Shown here piece by piece: positions 45,659-55,588 of a stretch of 64,000 bases of DNA. Position numbers and translations under genes: made by a program. Position 1 is the stretch's first letter; each line of letters begins with the position of its first letter. The stretch lies in assembly GCA_000002435.2 (NCBI GenBank), contig CM018792.1; one strand, given 5' to 3'. The notes beneath the pieces are model-generated. The model had not been told where the DNA came from, searched no databases, and was given only the letters and a program-made list of their open reading frames with translations. This DNA comes from Giardia intestinalis. Taxonomy: Eukaryota.

Positions 45659-47458
45659 ATGTTCATTCGCAACCGTCCCTCGCCACTGCCACTAAACACA
45701 CCTGAACCACAGCTTCGCAGAGCCTTGCCAACAGAGAGTGACGCAAAGAGCACTTCATTGAATGGTCTCCTTCAGGAGCTCCACAATGCAGATAGGAGAG
45801 ACAGTACCCCACACGGTGATAGCGCCTCGACCCAGATAGGGCACTCTAGCTTTGAATATCTGGATCTGAAAAGGACCGCACAACTACGAGCACAGGCATC
45901 TCAGACTCGTCTTGCCGAGAGGCTGACAGCGTCAATCTCCGCGGCCGAGGAAGCCCATCCTCTGGGACACAGTTCCATGCCCCTTCCTTCCATGCCGGAT
46001 AGGTCAGATGAATTGAACTCCGACGATTTCCACATTTCTGACTTCTTTGATGAAGCTTCATCCAAGCACAAACACACCGTTGTTAAAGCGGCAATATCCT
46101 CATGGAACCAGCTTCCTGGATTTACTACAGACCTCTTTCAGGGGATGATACGCTCAGAATATACGCAGTTGACTCCTGTGCAGACAGTGGTCCCCATGTT
46201 GCTTGTTCATGGCTATAATGTTATCTGCTCGGCTCCAACAGGGTCAGGGAAAACCCTTGCATTCCTCGTCCCACTTATAATTCACATGCAGCGGGTAAGA
46301 CTCATGTGGCCTGATGACCCCAATTTGCAAAGTACCTGTTATGCGTTGGTGCTGACGCCGACCCGCGAGCTTGCGATGCAAATACACTCTGTCTTGCTCG
46401 AGATTATTAGCCAATCTAGCATCACTCTGACAACATCTCTCCTAATAGGCGGCTACACACCCACTGAGATGCATCCCAATGTCATCGTCGGTGTGCCAGG
46501 AAAGGTGGAACACTTTGTTCTGGGATATAACTCTCACAAGTACTCCTTGAGGAAGTGCTCGTATATCGTCCTGGATGAGCTGGACGAGCTCTTAGACGCT
46601 GGGTTTATAGAGCAGGTGTCTACGATACTAAAGGTATGTGCACGTGATAAGCAGATCGTCGGCACGACAGCCACACTCAGCAAGCAGGCCCATAAAGTAG
46701 TAGAAGATGCTGGGCTGATTAATAGAGACTGCTTGAGAAAAACCTTTAAGTGCGCAATGGCTGGAAGTGTTTTGCAGCCAAACGTGCGGATTGCACAGAT
46801 ATTCGTGGAGTTTAGCTCTTCGTTATTGGGGAACCAGACTAGTCTATCAGTGGCAACGACCAATCCACTACTTCCGGATCCGTCCACTTATCTTTCAAAG
46901 CAAGAGATCTTGGCGAGTATCCTTCAGGTCCACTATAGTACACGGCCGACCAGCCAAACGATTATCTTCCTGGCATCTAAAGAGAATGTGGACAGCCTAC
47001 TAGAGTACCTGCTGAGGTCTAAAGCTAAAGACTCTTATTCTGCTTTATATCACTGTGAAGTAGCGGCGTTCCATAGTGGTCAGGAACAACAAAAGCGTAC
47101 CACAGTTATATCGCGTTTCCGGGCCAATCAAATACAAATACTGATCACTACTAGTGGGGGTGGCAGAGGCCTTGACTTTCCTTCTGTCTGCCTGATTATT
47201 AACTACGACATTCCCCGATGCGCTGAGTACTATGTTCACCAGATCGGCCGAACTGCACGCGGAATGGCCACAGGTACAGCACTCACCCTTGTTGATTTGA
47301 ACGATGATGTAAAGTATTTGGCAGAACTGGCTGTGCGTGTGGCAGGCGTGCGGAAGCGACTGAGCAAAGATGCGACTTATAAAACTAATGGTATGCCCCT
47401 CCCTCCTTCCTTTAATCAAGAACATAACACACTAAGACTGACCCTTTGCATCAGATGA
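45659..47458 (+). CDS. DEAD-box-type ATP-dependent RNA helicase (motif II variant DELD)
   Basis: In-frame ATGs at 45632 and 45659; aatataaaag precedes 45659. Motifs: Q (LTPVQ), I (APTGSGKTLAF), Ia (TPTRELA), II (VLDELDEL), III (TATLS), V (ILITTSGGGRGLDF) and VI (HQIGRTARG). Confidence 0.8.
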   Translation: MFIRNRPSPLPLNTPEPQLRRALPTESDAKSTSLNGLLQELHNADRRDSTPHGDSASTQIGHSSFEYLDLKRTAQLRAQASQTRLAERLTASISAAEEAHPLGHSSMPLPSMPDRSDELNSDDFHISDFFDEASSKHKHTVVKAAISSWNQLPGFTTDLFQGMIRSEYTQLTPVQTVVPMLLVHGYNVICSAPTGSGKTLAFLVPLIIHMQRVRLMWPDDPNLQSTCYALVLTPTRELAMQIHSVLLEIISQSSITLTTSLLIGGYTPTEMHPNVIVGVPGKVEHFVLGYNSHKYSLRKCSYIVLDELDELLDAGFIEQVSTILKVCARDKQIVGTTATLSKQAHKVVEDAGLINRDCLRKTFKCAMAGSVLQPNVRIAQIFVEFSSSLLGNQTSLSVATTNPLLPDPSTYLSKQEILASILQVHYSTRPTSQTIIFLASKENVDSLLEYLLRSKAKDSYSALYHCEVAAFHSGQEQQKRTTVISRFRANQIQILITTSGGGRGLDFPSVCLIINYDIPRCAEYYVHQIGRTARGMATGTALTLVDLNDDVKYLAELAVRVAGVRKRLSKDATYKTNGMPLPPSFNQEHNTLRLTLCIR

Positions 47459-50203
47459 TCCCAGGTGGTAATCAGCGATAACATTCGCTACACGCCCTAT
47501 TTTCTCACGAAGTAGATCAATCGTTGTGCCAATGAGCTTCAACGAAGTTTCTTTTTTATGAAGATTTTCGTTATCCAACCAGAGCTTCTGAACCTGTTCG
47601 AAGCAACGAAGAGAGTCGGCGAGAAGGCCATGCTTTATAACAGGATCACAGGTCGGAAGCTGGGAAAGAAGTTTAGCTGTTTCAAAAATGCATGTCTGCA
47701 TTGAATCGCGATCATCGAATGTCAAAAATTTCATAATCTCATCTTTGGAAAACTCCTTTCGCTTGAAGTGGTATTCTTGAAGTAGTCGTGCACGAGAGTC
47801 CGCCTCATACGTTTTGCAGACAGCCCTCCATGCCTCAATTGCTCGACTGCAATGCGCAGCGACTGTACTAATGAGGACAGAATCTTTATCTGGCAGAGGA
47901 TCTATCTGCTTAAGTTGTAATTGCGCAGCGTACTCCATGTCTTCAGTAAGCCTCTTGAGGTACGGGTTACATGCGATATCTCTGCTCACAATGTGATAGA
48001 TCGCAGTCCTGGCTTCTGCCACCTCCACCTGCAAAGAAGCAATAAGCTTGCTGTAGTGGTCTAAGGAAAGTTCAGGGATGACCTTTTCAAGGGTTGTACA
48101 GCGTCTGGTATGTAGCTTAATTAGAGGAGTATAGCTGACCTTCTCTGCCTCTTCTGAGGTAGCGCTGTTAGTCAAAAAATCAAGTCGTGCCTCTTCATAG
48201 TAGGCATAAATCTGATGTAAAGTTGAGATATCTAAAAGAATTTGGCAGTGATCGGTCACAAATCCATCAAGAATGAAGTATCGTGATGCAGCTATGAACT
48301 GTCGGTATGAGTCATAGAACAATGTTCGTACAAGCGGCTCTGCAAGGAAAAGATTCTGAAGCTTTGGTGTTGTGACCTTCTCGCCACTCTTCTCATCAGT
48401 TTCACTCTCAGGATCAACGTCTCCTTTGGTTTGCAGTCCCAGCTTGCGAAGCTGTCGTTTTGCTGCTGCTTCCAGAGTTGCCTCCAGGTCAGGTGCGAGC
48501 AGCAAATCATAGAGTTCCCTGACAGAGGAGACACACTCATCCTGCGATATCTGGCAAACGGCCTTGATTTGCTTATGTGCTAGCTCCTTATCATCGTTGC
48601 TCAGATCTTCTGATGATGTGTACTGAATTTTCATTTGCTCTCTACGAGCCTCCAAGAGCAGTTCTCGGCGTTGGTAGCTATTAGATAATATCTGAGAATA
48701 AAGGCGAGCACGTTCCGTGCGGATTTGGGCTAGCACTTCTCGAGCCGTGTCAAGGCTAAGGATGCTCCGAATCACGGCTACAGACTCCACCTTTTGCCTA
48801 GCTCTAAACTGCAAGTATGCTACATCATCTTCTGGCATATTTTCATTTGCGGGTAAATCCTTTACATACTGTGCTCTCTCCTTTGGCCCGTATTCAAAGA
48901 GGACTTCCTCTGCAACATCAATCAATGTAAAACTGGGCCTGAAAATGTTATTTGTCGTATAGTATTTCTGCAATGTGAGACAGTTTATTATGAAATCTTG
49001 CGGGTCGAAGTCTGGATTGAGAGCTCGCTGCTTATACTGTCTCGAGATGGTCATACCACAATACTCAGCAGATTGGCACGGGCTATCCTCTCCGTAAACC
49101 TGTGCTAAAAAGTATATTGTATAGGTATTCAAACTAGAAATCATCTTACTGCTGCAGACAGGAAGGATGAAGGAGAGCTTGTCGGAACAGCTCCGTTGAA
49201 AGAAAGGATGAGCACTGTTTGGAAGGTACAGCATGTGGGTATGCAGCTCCTTCCCGTCGCCATCGTTCAAAGGTTCTGTAATCAGAAATGGATCATCGTA
49301 ATCAAAGAGGCACATAGCTGACTCTGCACTCTTTAGTATATTGAGTGCCAGCTTGCGATTCTCTCTGTTAGCCCATATTACGCCTAAGTAATTCAATGCT
49401 AGGACGTAGAATGGCAGAAGCTGAATCTGTATCGTGGTTGTCATGGCAGGAGCACCAGCGCAATCCCCGACGCAGGACAGCTTAAGAAGTGTTTCCTCCA
49501 TTCCAAATTTGGGAGGCTTTGCATGCTTAACGTCGTCGCTTTCCTCTACTGCACTTGTTACCTCTGTAATAAAGGCAGCATCAGGCTCCGTTGTGTTCTG
49601 CGTAAGTGCATCAAGATCCATGCTACCCAGGCCATCCACTAAAGTAGTCGCGTATGCAGCTGATGGGTCAGTAGGGTCTAGCTCCGGATGGGAGGATTCG
49701 TCTGTGTCCTTAAGATTGGCCATTAGCTTTTCATGAGTACATGCTGCTTGATGTGTTTCGGGGTGTAGGACGTTAGCTAGCTTCAAGTAGTCGTTATAAC
49801 TGTCCGCAAAGAAGGACCAAAATTGAGTAAATCGCTTCTCTGTTTTTACCGGTGGCTGGAACGACAAGAAAGACGGCGCCCCAGAGAATAGCGAGTGGAT
49901 ATTCAAGGATTTAATAATATCGGCATTTTGGAAGCGAGCCACAAAATAGACGACAGCGGTGAATAGAAAGTCTATTGCAGCGGTAGGCTCATCTGTCTCT
50001 GCGGCGATTTTTCCTCGAAGAGCGTAGAGCACGGCTTGGAGGTCGAGTGTATACTCACTTTCATTTATTCCTAGTTGCTCCAAAAGGGCTTCTAACCAAC
50101 GCACAGCCTCATATTTCGGCTTATACGGATCACTTTCTGGCCCTACCTCATCTATTAGGGAAGCAATCCTATCCAAGCTCTCTCTCAGTTGATCAGATGC
50201 CAT
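47432..50203 (-). CDS. KIF1-binding protein (KBP/KIFBP)-like TPR-type protein
   Basis: Upstream ATG at 50288-50290 would overlap the neighbouring gene. The ATG at 50201-50203 (MASDQ..) sits in the palindromic catttttaaaatg and puts PYKPKY ~26 residues from the N-terminus, as in metazoan KBP (PYKSKY). Shared motifs recalled from metazoan KBP: IYFLAQVY and ILDGFVTDH. The stop at 47432 overlaps the helicase 3' end by 27 bp. Confidence 0.5.
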   Translation of the reverse strand: MASDQLRESLDRIASLIDEVGPESDPYKPKYEAVRWLEALLEQLGINESEYTLDLQAVLYALRGKIAAETDEPTAAIDFLFTAVVYFVARFQNADIIKSLNIHSLFSGAPSFLSFQPPVKTEKRFTQFWSFFADSYNDYLKLANVLHPETHQAACTHEKLMANLKDTDESSHPELDPTDPSAAYATTLVDGLGSMDLDALTQNTTEPDAAFITEVTSAVEESDDVKHAKPPKFGMEETLLKLSCVGDCAGAPAMTTTIQIQLLPFYVLALNYLGVIWANRENRKLALNILKSAESAMCLFDYDDPFLITEPLNDGDGKELHTHMLYLPNSAHPFFQRSCSDKLSFILPVCSSKMISSLNTYTIYFLAQVYGEDSPCQSAEYCGMTISRQYKQRALNPDFDPQDFIINCLTLQKYYTTNNIFRPSFTLIDVAEEVLFEYGPKERAQYVKDLPANENMPEDDVAYLQFRARQKVESVAVIRSILSLDTAREVLAQIRTERARLYSQILSNSYQRRELLLEARREQMKIQYTSSEDLSNDDKELAHKQIKAVCQISQDECVSSVRELYDLLLAPDLEATLEAAAKRQLRKLGLQTKGDVDPESETDEKSGEKVTTPKLQNLFLAEPLVRTLFYDSYRQFIAASRYFILDGFVTDHCQILLDISTLHQIYAYYEEARLDFLTNSATSEEAEKVSYTPLIKLHTRRCTTLEKVIPELSLDHYSKLIASLQVEVAEARTAIYHIVSRDIACNPYLKRLTEDMEYAAQLQLKQIDPLPDKDSVLISTVAAHCSRAIEAWRAVCKTYEADSRARLLQEYHFKRKEFSKDEIMKFLTFDDRDSMQTCIFETAKLLSQLPTCDPVIKHGLLADSLRCFEQVQKLWLDNENLHKKETSLKLIGTTIDLLREKIGRVANVIADYHLGSSDAKGQS

Positions 50204-50210
50204 TTTTAAA
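50204..50210. promoter_or_regulatory. 7-bp A/T core (ttttaaa) of a near-palindromic bidirectional initiator CAT-TTTTAAA-ATG serving the KBP-like (-) and acid phosphatase (+) genes
   Basis: cat 50201-50203 / atg 50211-50213. Confidence 0.5.
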
Positions 50211-51398
50211 ATGCTCCTCCTACTTTGCTTCTCCCTCTGCGTCGCCACTGTATTTTCTGACGAAAAGGCTCGTTTGCTAAAGGTGTTCATTTATACCCGC
50301 CACGGGGCTCGATCCCCATACACTGCCTTTCCACGAGACAATGTATCATGGTACTGCGACGAAATCACGGCGGATTCGGTTGCCTATGCTTCTGAAGGGA
50401 TAATGCAAGAGATCGGGAAGGGTTTTCTGCATTTATACGACAAGTCAAACGTCCTTCCTGGAACCTGCTACCAAGGCCAACTAACAAGCGTTGGCTTAGC
50501 CGAACAATACCTGCTTGGAACTAAATATCGGTATAAGTACATCCATGCGCTCCGCTTTGCACCAAAAGAGTTCGATCCTAGCTTTTTCCGTTTGCGCTCC
50601 ACAGACATTACCCGGACCAGGCAGTCTTTAGCATCTCAGCTGCTAGGCTGGTATGGGGACTCTATTTCTCACAAGCATCTTCACCCAGTAATTAACATTC
50701 AAGAAAAAGACACCGATCCTCTCGCAGATCAAAGCTGGTGCATCGCCTTCTCATCAGTTAAGAAACGCCTCCAGGTTACCAATTTAGACCTTATCGCCGT
50801 CCACAGTGATCGGCTTCATGAGCTGCAAAACATACTTGGATATGGAGGAGACGAGGGAGATGACGAGTACGACTTGTGGTATACCATTTGGGATAACTTG
50901 ATAACCAGAACATGGCTTGGGATGTCTTTGCCTCAGAACGTCACATATGCAGATGTCGTCACCGGGAACAATGTTGCAGATATTTTCACTGCACTCCTTT
51001 ACTGCAATAAGGACCCCAGCGTCTCCATGTTTATGAAGCGGGCTAGAATAGGTCCTTACATTGCAGAATTGATGGGCTTACTCACCGCGGAAGACGGCCC
51101 TAGAGCTGAGAAGATTCACATCACTGCTTGCCATGACACAACCATCATGCCTCTCATGGCCACCTTTGCAGAGTCCAACTGGGACTGCAACTGGCCTCCT
51201 TATGCATCTCATATTGAGCTAGAGATTTGGGAGCACGGGTCCGAAAAGTATGTGAGGCTCTACTATATGGGCAAACGTGTTTTACCTGCTGGATGCACTG
51301 ATAGTCGCATATGTCTTCTTGACGACTTCATTAGTAAGATTCGCGAGGTGTCCGTGCCATATGAGGATTGGAATAGCATTTGTACGGTCGAGAAGTGA
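50211..51398 (+). CDS. histidine acid phosphatase (branch 2 histidine phosphatase), secreted or lumenal
   Basis: ATG verified. N-terminal signal peptide MLLLLCFSLCVATVFS. Catalytic RHGxRxP motif (YTRHGARSP). Downstream HD motif (ACHDTT). Confidence 0.8.
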   Translation: MLLLLCFSLCVATVFSDEKARLLKVFIYTRHGARSPYTAFPRDNVSWYCDEITADSVAYASEGIMQEIGKGFLHLYDKSNVLPGTCYQGQLTSVGLAEQYLLGTKYRYKYIHALRFAPKEFDPSFFRLRSTDITRTRQSLASQLLGWYGDSISHKHLHPVINIQEKDTDPLADQSWCIAFSSVKKRLQVTNLDLIAVHSDRLHELQNILGYGGDEGDDEYDLWYTIWDNLITRTWLGMSLPQNVTYADVVTGNNVADIFTALLYCNKDPSVSMFMKRARIGPYIAELMGLLTAEDGPRAEKIHITACHDTTIMPLMATFAESNWDCNWPPYASHIELEIWEHGSEKYVRLYYMGKRVLPAGCTDSRICLLDDFISKIREVSVPYEDWNSICTVEK

Positions 51399-51401
51399 AC
51401 T
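51395..51401 (+). promoter_or_regulatory. polyadenylation signal AGTGAAC overlapping the acid phosphatase stop codon
   Basis: gagaAGTGAACtag. TGA at 51396-51398 is embedded in AGTGAAC. The convergent XRN gene's stop (cta 51400-51402) begins 1 bp later. Confidence 0.55.
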
Positions 51402-54108
51402 AGAAACCCAGCGCCCGCGCTCGCTCCACAACCCCTGTCGCCGATGTAGGAGAAGACAAGGGTACAGACCCGGCGGCTCCACCCCTCTCATCCTTCTCAG
51501 TATTCATGCCTATTAGAGAGTTGTACTGCCGCTCACGGGCGCCGATTCCTCCTTTCCAGACAGAGTCTGTGACAACCTTGCGCATGATGGCAGAATTCCT
51601 GTAACATGTAGCATTCAGCCACTGTGCTGGTATACGCGGACTTATAAAGCGCAAAGCTATGGTTTGGTTAGTTATAGCTGATAAGTCTTCGAGATTATAA
51701 AGTGTTTTAACAGCACAAGGATCTAGCTGTCCGCGAGCATCAACTGCATCTTGCTCCAGCTCTTTACAGAACTGTACTAGGTAGTTATTATTGTGTGCGA
51801 CCGCTAATATATGTGCAACGCTACTTCCATATTTAAAGAAGTCTGTTTGGCTAACAGTATAGTAACCCGCCAAAAGATTGAGCTGCCTGTTGGGTTTTTG
51901 AATATAGAATCTTTTGCGTTCCCTTTCTCCGAGCTTTTCTACCTTATCTAATACCACAACTGAGCTGAAGGACGAGGGAATGGGCTGATCATCTAATATG
52001 GCCTTAAATAGAGCAAATCCGGGATGATCCTTGTGGATCAAAATTATTGGGTCCGAGAGCCGATTTCTTTGTTGCTCTAGAGGTGTGAGCTGATCATAAC
52101 TTTTTTGTGCCGCAGAAATCAACTCAGAGGAGTTTATGAACGGAAGTAAAAGGACCCCCTTCCAAAGGGCCGTCTTCTCACTGAGATCGCATTTAATGAG
52201 CGAGGGATAGAACTTATTAAGAATAGAGGCAGGATCTGTCATCAGACATCTCATAACAGGTGGGAGAAGTGCTGCGCTTGCAGGAGGCATAACAGCTAGA
52301 AGCTGCTCATAAGGATTGAAGGGCCGATTTGACACTGTATGCTGTTTCCAGGTACGGGTATACGTCTGAGATGCCGATGCCAGATCAGCCAGTAGAGGAG
52401 AATGGTGGTAAGGGTAATACCAGCCCCAATCTTCCACCTTAGGCAGAAAGTAGTACCGAAAGACCCAAATTAACCCATCTATATAATGATAGCACATCGT
52501 CTGAATGCGCTTTCTTAACTCTGCCTTGAAGGTATCCGATTCTTGGTTAGTTTCTGGGAAGTCATCCATAAGCCCGATTCCCAGATAATAACGCTGTGCA
52601 TAGCCAGGCTTCTCAAGTTCATACTTTATCAATATATGCTTAACCGCAACGACCGTCGGAGGGAGAGGCTTATCGTGCAAATTACAGTAGTCATCTATTG
52701 CATCTTTAATCATTCTTTTGTCATCCCTCTTGAAAAACTGGAAGTACTCTCTAATAGCACGTTCTCCAGGGGTTTCGTCCTTAGTGTCTGGTGCCTCACT
52801 TATTTGCGAGTGTCGCGCATTGAGTTTTCCACTGGCTCGAGCCCTAAATATTCGTGCTTCTTGCTCTGCCAGTTCTTTTAGGAAAATGTGAAGGTCTTCC
52901 ATATTAACGTCTGACCCGGTCGTCAAGAATCCTATCTTTCTTGATCTTTTAAGTTGCTTGTAGAAGTATATCATTCTGATCACTGCGTCCTCTCGAATGT
53001 CGAGACACTGAATGTGGGGCAAGAAATCATTACCAACAAGAAAGGTAAGAAACACAAAATCGTCGATGGCCCGTTCAAATATGACATCTGCCGCATCAAA
53101 TTCGCGTTGTAAGTACTCCCGAAGCCTGCTAACATGTAGGAATTGAAAGGGGCTGCGGAACGCCACTGGCCGTAGAGACGACCCGGGGTAGAAGGGACAG
53201 TCTATCCCTCCTTGGTCTTCATGACGTGTAGTGAAAGGATCCACCGTCCCTGTTCTATACTCACTGGAAACCCGCAGATGCCCACAACGCGTGCAGGTGC
53301 GCTTAAGATTATCCGTATCCACCACATCTCGAAGAATAAGGAAATTGGGTTCATGAGTACCTAAGGCAAGCATTATCAAGTCTGCGTCAAGGCCGTATAT
53401 GCAATGCACAGTGCATGGGTCATATCCAGGTTGGGACCGCTGGATCCTGACAAAGCTCATTATTTTGTGCTCCCCCTCCCCAGGAGACCATGCATCTGCA
53501 TAGAGAACCGTAAGGTGGCGCCATAACTTGCTGTTTGCCTGTCTATTTGCAACATAGTACTTTAGTGCCACCGAGAGGCGAGACATGAAGGGAGTTCCTG
53601 GTGTAATGGCGTTGGAATCAAGGACATTCTCTGTAGAAGTATCCATGGCATTGCCTTCTTCAAAGCTTAGCTTTTTCAAGCTGGGCTCTGCGTCGCCAAG
53701 ATTCATATTCATGAGCCTTCGCTCTTGGGCGCGCTGTTTAATCTGCCGCTCATACGCCGCCATAAAACGCCTGCTCCGCTGTTGGTTGAGCTTTGCACGA
53801 GGAGCAGGCCCGTCGACGGCAAGGTATAGAAGACGCCGCGGTCTACAGATCGAAACGACCCTATCTATGACTTGGAAGATCTCCTCGAACACTTCTGCTT
53901 CTGTTTCTGGCTGAGGTCGCCCCTCGGGGTGGAAACATGGGTGGATGAGCCCATTTGTATCGAAGTAAAGATTATCTATTGCAAAGCCAAGAGGAAGCGC
54001 GCCGCCATCTATGTTGGCTTCGTATGTGTCTGGGAGTGCTTCAATGACATTGTCTATAACGCTACCGTAACGCTGCACTATCCACCTGAAGAACGATGGA
54101 ACGCCCAT
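51400..54108 (-). CDS. 5'-3' exoribonuclease of the XRN family (Xrn2/Rat1-like)
   Basis: ATG verified (cat 54106-54108). N-terminus MGVPSFFRWIVQRY.. and ..LYLAVDGPAPRAKLNQQRSRRF.. are the XRN catalytic-domain signatures, with acidic active-site residues in place. 902 aa. Confidence 0.85.
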   Translation of the reverse strand: MGVPSFFRWIVQRYGSVIDNVIEALPDTYEANIDGGALPLGFAIDNLYFDTNGLIHPCFHPEGRPQPETEAEVFEEIFQVIDRVVSICRPRRLLYLAVDGPAPRAKLNQQRSRRFMAAYERQIKQRAQERRLMNMNLGDAEPSLKKLSFEEGNAMDTSTENVLDSNAITPGTPFMSRLSVALKYYVANRQANSKLWRHLTVLYADAWSPGEGEHKIMSFVRIQRSQPGYDPCTVHCIYGLDADLIMLALGTHEPNFLILRDVVDTDNLKRTCTRCGHLRVSSEYRTGTVDPFTTRHEDQGGIDCPFYPGSSLRPVAFRSPFQFLHVSRLREYLQREFDAADVIFERAIDDFVFLTFLVGNDFLPHIQCLDIREDAVIRMIYFYKQLKRSRKIGFLTTGSDVNMEDLHIFLKELAEQEARIFRARASGKLNARHSQISEAPDTKDETPGERAIREYFQFFKRDDKRMIKDAIDDYCNLHDKPLPPTVVAVKHILIKYELEKPGYAQRYYLGIGLMDDFPETNQESDTFKAELRKRIQTMCYHYIDGLIWVFRYYFLPKVEDWGWYYPYHHSPLLADLASASQTYTRTWKQHTVSNRPFNPYEQLLAVMPPASAALLPPVMRCLMTDPASILNKFYPSLIKCDLSEKTALWKGVLLLPFINSSELISAAQKSYDQLTPLEQQRNRLSDPIILIHKDHPGFALFKAILDDQPIPSSFSSVVVLDKVEKLGERERKRFYIQKPNRQLNLLAGYYTVSQTDFFKYGSSVAHILAVAHNNNYLVQFCKELEQDAVDARGQLDPCAVKTLYNLEDLSAITNQTIALRFISPRIPAQWLNATCYRNSAIMRKVVTDSVWKGGIGARERQYNSLIGMNTEKDERGGAAGSVPLSSPTSATGVVERARALGF

Positions 54109-54181
54109 TTTTCGGCATCAGCCGATTGGTTTGGACATCTACAGGCACATTTACTGGTAAAGCAAAGAGTTGCGACTACCT

Positions 54182-55588
54182 CTAATCCTTGCGTGTTCTA
54201 GCTCTGGGTGCCCGTTCTTTCGGCCCATCCTTCTCAGCATAGCGACGCTCCGGTGCATGGCCTTCGAGCTCTGCACGCTCTCGTTCTTCCATCTTTCGTG
54301 CACGGGCCTCTCGTGTTCGATCAACCAGCCGTTGATGATCTTCCTCATAGATCCTGTCTGCCTCCTCTTGTGACATGAAGCTTACTGTCTGCGGGAGTGG
54401 GATGAGAAGGTCATTGAACGTGGGCGCATACTTCTCGCGGAGCCTATCATACACATCATACCACCACTTCACATCAGGCCATACCTGGAGGCTAGCATCC
54501 CTCTTTGTTTTCTCTAGGGTTACCCACGGCTTCTCGGTCACATAGTGAACAACATAGACTTTTCGCTCAGGTGTCTCGCCATCATATGTACGATTGGGAT
54601 ATCTAAGAGGGAAGTACCCCTTTTCAAACTTGTGCTTCAACCAAGGGACGCAGTTGTATTGACGCGATACGTTTGTCCACTTTGTCCTAGGATCCTGTAC
54701 CACTTTCTGCTTAACATCTGTTCCTTCTTTACCATCCTTCTTGGCCGTGTCCTCTTGCTGCGTTGAGTCCTGCTCCTTGTTGAGGTACTCATAACGGTTG
54801 CTTTTTGAATCATACTTAAAGTCGTGGGAGTAGAGCCATGTAAATATCTGCTCGTCAGGGCCTGCATTGAGGCGCCTCCTGACTGGTATGTCAGAGTTAA
54901 TGTCTAGATCTTTTGGTGTCTCGTAATAAGTTCCATTCTGCCTTATCTTTTCCCTGATATGTAGCTTAGCTATTTGGAACATATCGTCGTCGGGCTGGAC
55001 GCAGAAGAAGGCGCCGGAGATTCCGTACGAGTTAAGAAGGCTAAGTAAGATCGTTCTCCGCGCCAAACGTGTTCCTGTTTCTAACCCCTCTTTGCGGTAT
55101 GTCACTAGTGTACCAAACGGTGTTTTTAGGTCGAAAATGTGGTCTATATTATGTAGTACTAGCATATCACTATCCATAAACAAGGCCTTTTCGTAGGGCT
55201 TGAGCTTCAATAGGTAGAGCTTGGTGAAGCACTTGGGAAGCCAGTTGCTGTACAGCTTCTGGAAACGAGGCCACACCTCGAGAGAGACGCGAAACTCCAA
55301 CGGGGTCACGATTATGATAGCATCAAAGACCTGCTTGCAGAGAGAGATGCATCCCTGGACCTTCTTGTCCGGAGAGTAATTCAACGTGTCACTCAGAAAC
55401 AGGACAAGATCGACTGTGGTGTTTGTTTCACGAAGCGAGTGGGCCAGAACTGCTGCAGCAATCAAATAGGCCTCGTCATCGAAGGCAAGAGTTGCAATAC
55501 AACAGGACTTCTCTGTGGAGATGGCAGAGGTGCTTATGGTCCAGTCATAGATGGCGGCCCTACAGGCGTCGGACGCCGCGGTCGTCAT
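54182..55588 (-). CDS. glycosyltransferase family 8, glycogenin-like, with a charged C-terminal extension
   Basis: ATG verified (cat 55586-55588). ..ATLAFDDEAYLIAAAVLAHSL.., the DxD motif FMDSDMLVLHNIDHIF, and ..VVHYVTEKPW.. match glycogenin GT8 signatures. C-terminal ~80 aa are Glu/Arg-rich. Confidence 0.65.
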   Translation of the reverse strand: MTTAASDACRAAIYDWTISTSAISTEKSCCIATLAFDDEAYLIAAAVLAHSLRETNTTVDLVLFLSDTLNYSPDKKVQGCISLCKQVFDAIIIVTPLEFRVSLEVWPRFQKLYSNWLPKCFTKLYLLKLKPYEKALFMDSDMLVLHNIDHIFDLKTPFGTLVTYRKEGLETGTRLARRTILLSLLNSYGISGAFFCVQPDDDMFQIAKLHIREKIRQNGTYYETPKDLDINSDIPVRRRLNAGPDEQIFTWLYSHDFKYDSKSNRYEYLNKEQDSTQQEDTAKKDGKEGTDVKQKVVQDPRTKWTNVSRQYNCVPWLKHKFEKGYFPLRYPNRTYDGETPERKVYVVHYVTEKPWVTLEKTKRDASLQVWPDVKWWYDVYDRLREKYAPTFNDLLIPLPQTVSFMSQEEADRIYEEDHQRLVDRTREARARKMEERERAELEGHAPERRYAEKDGPKERAPRARTRKD

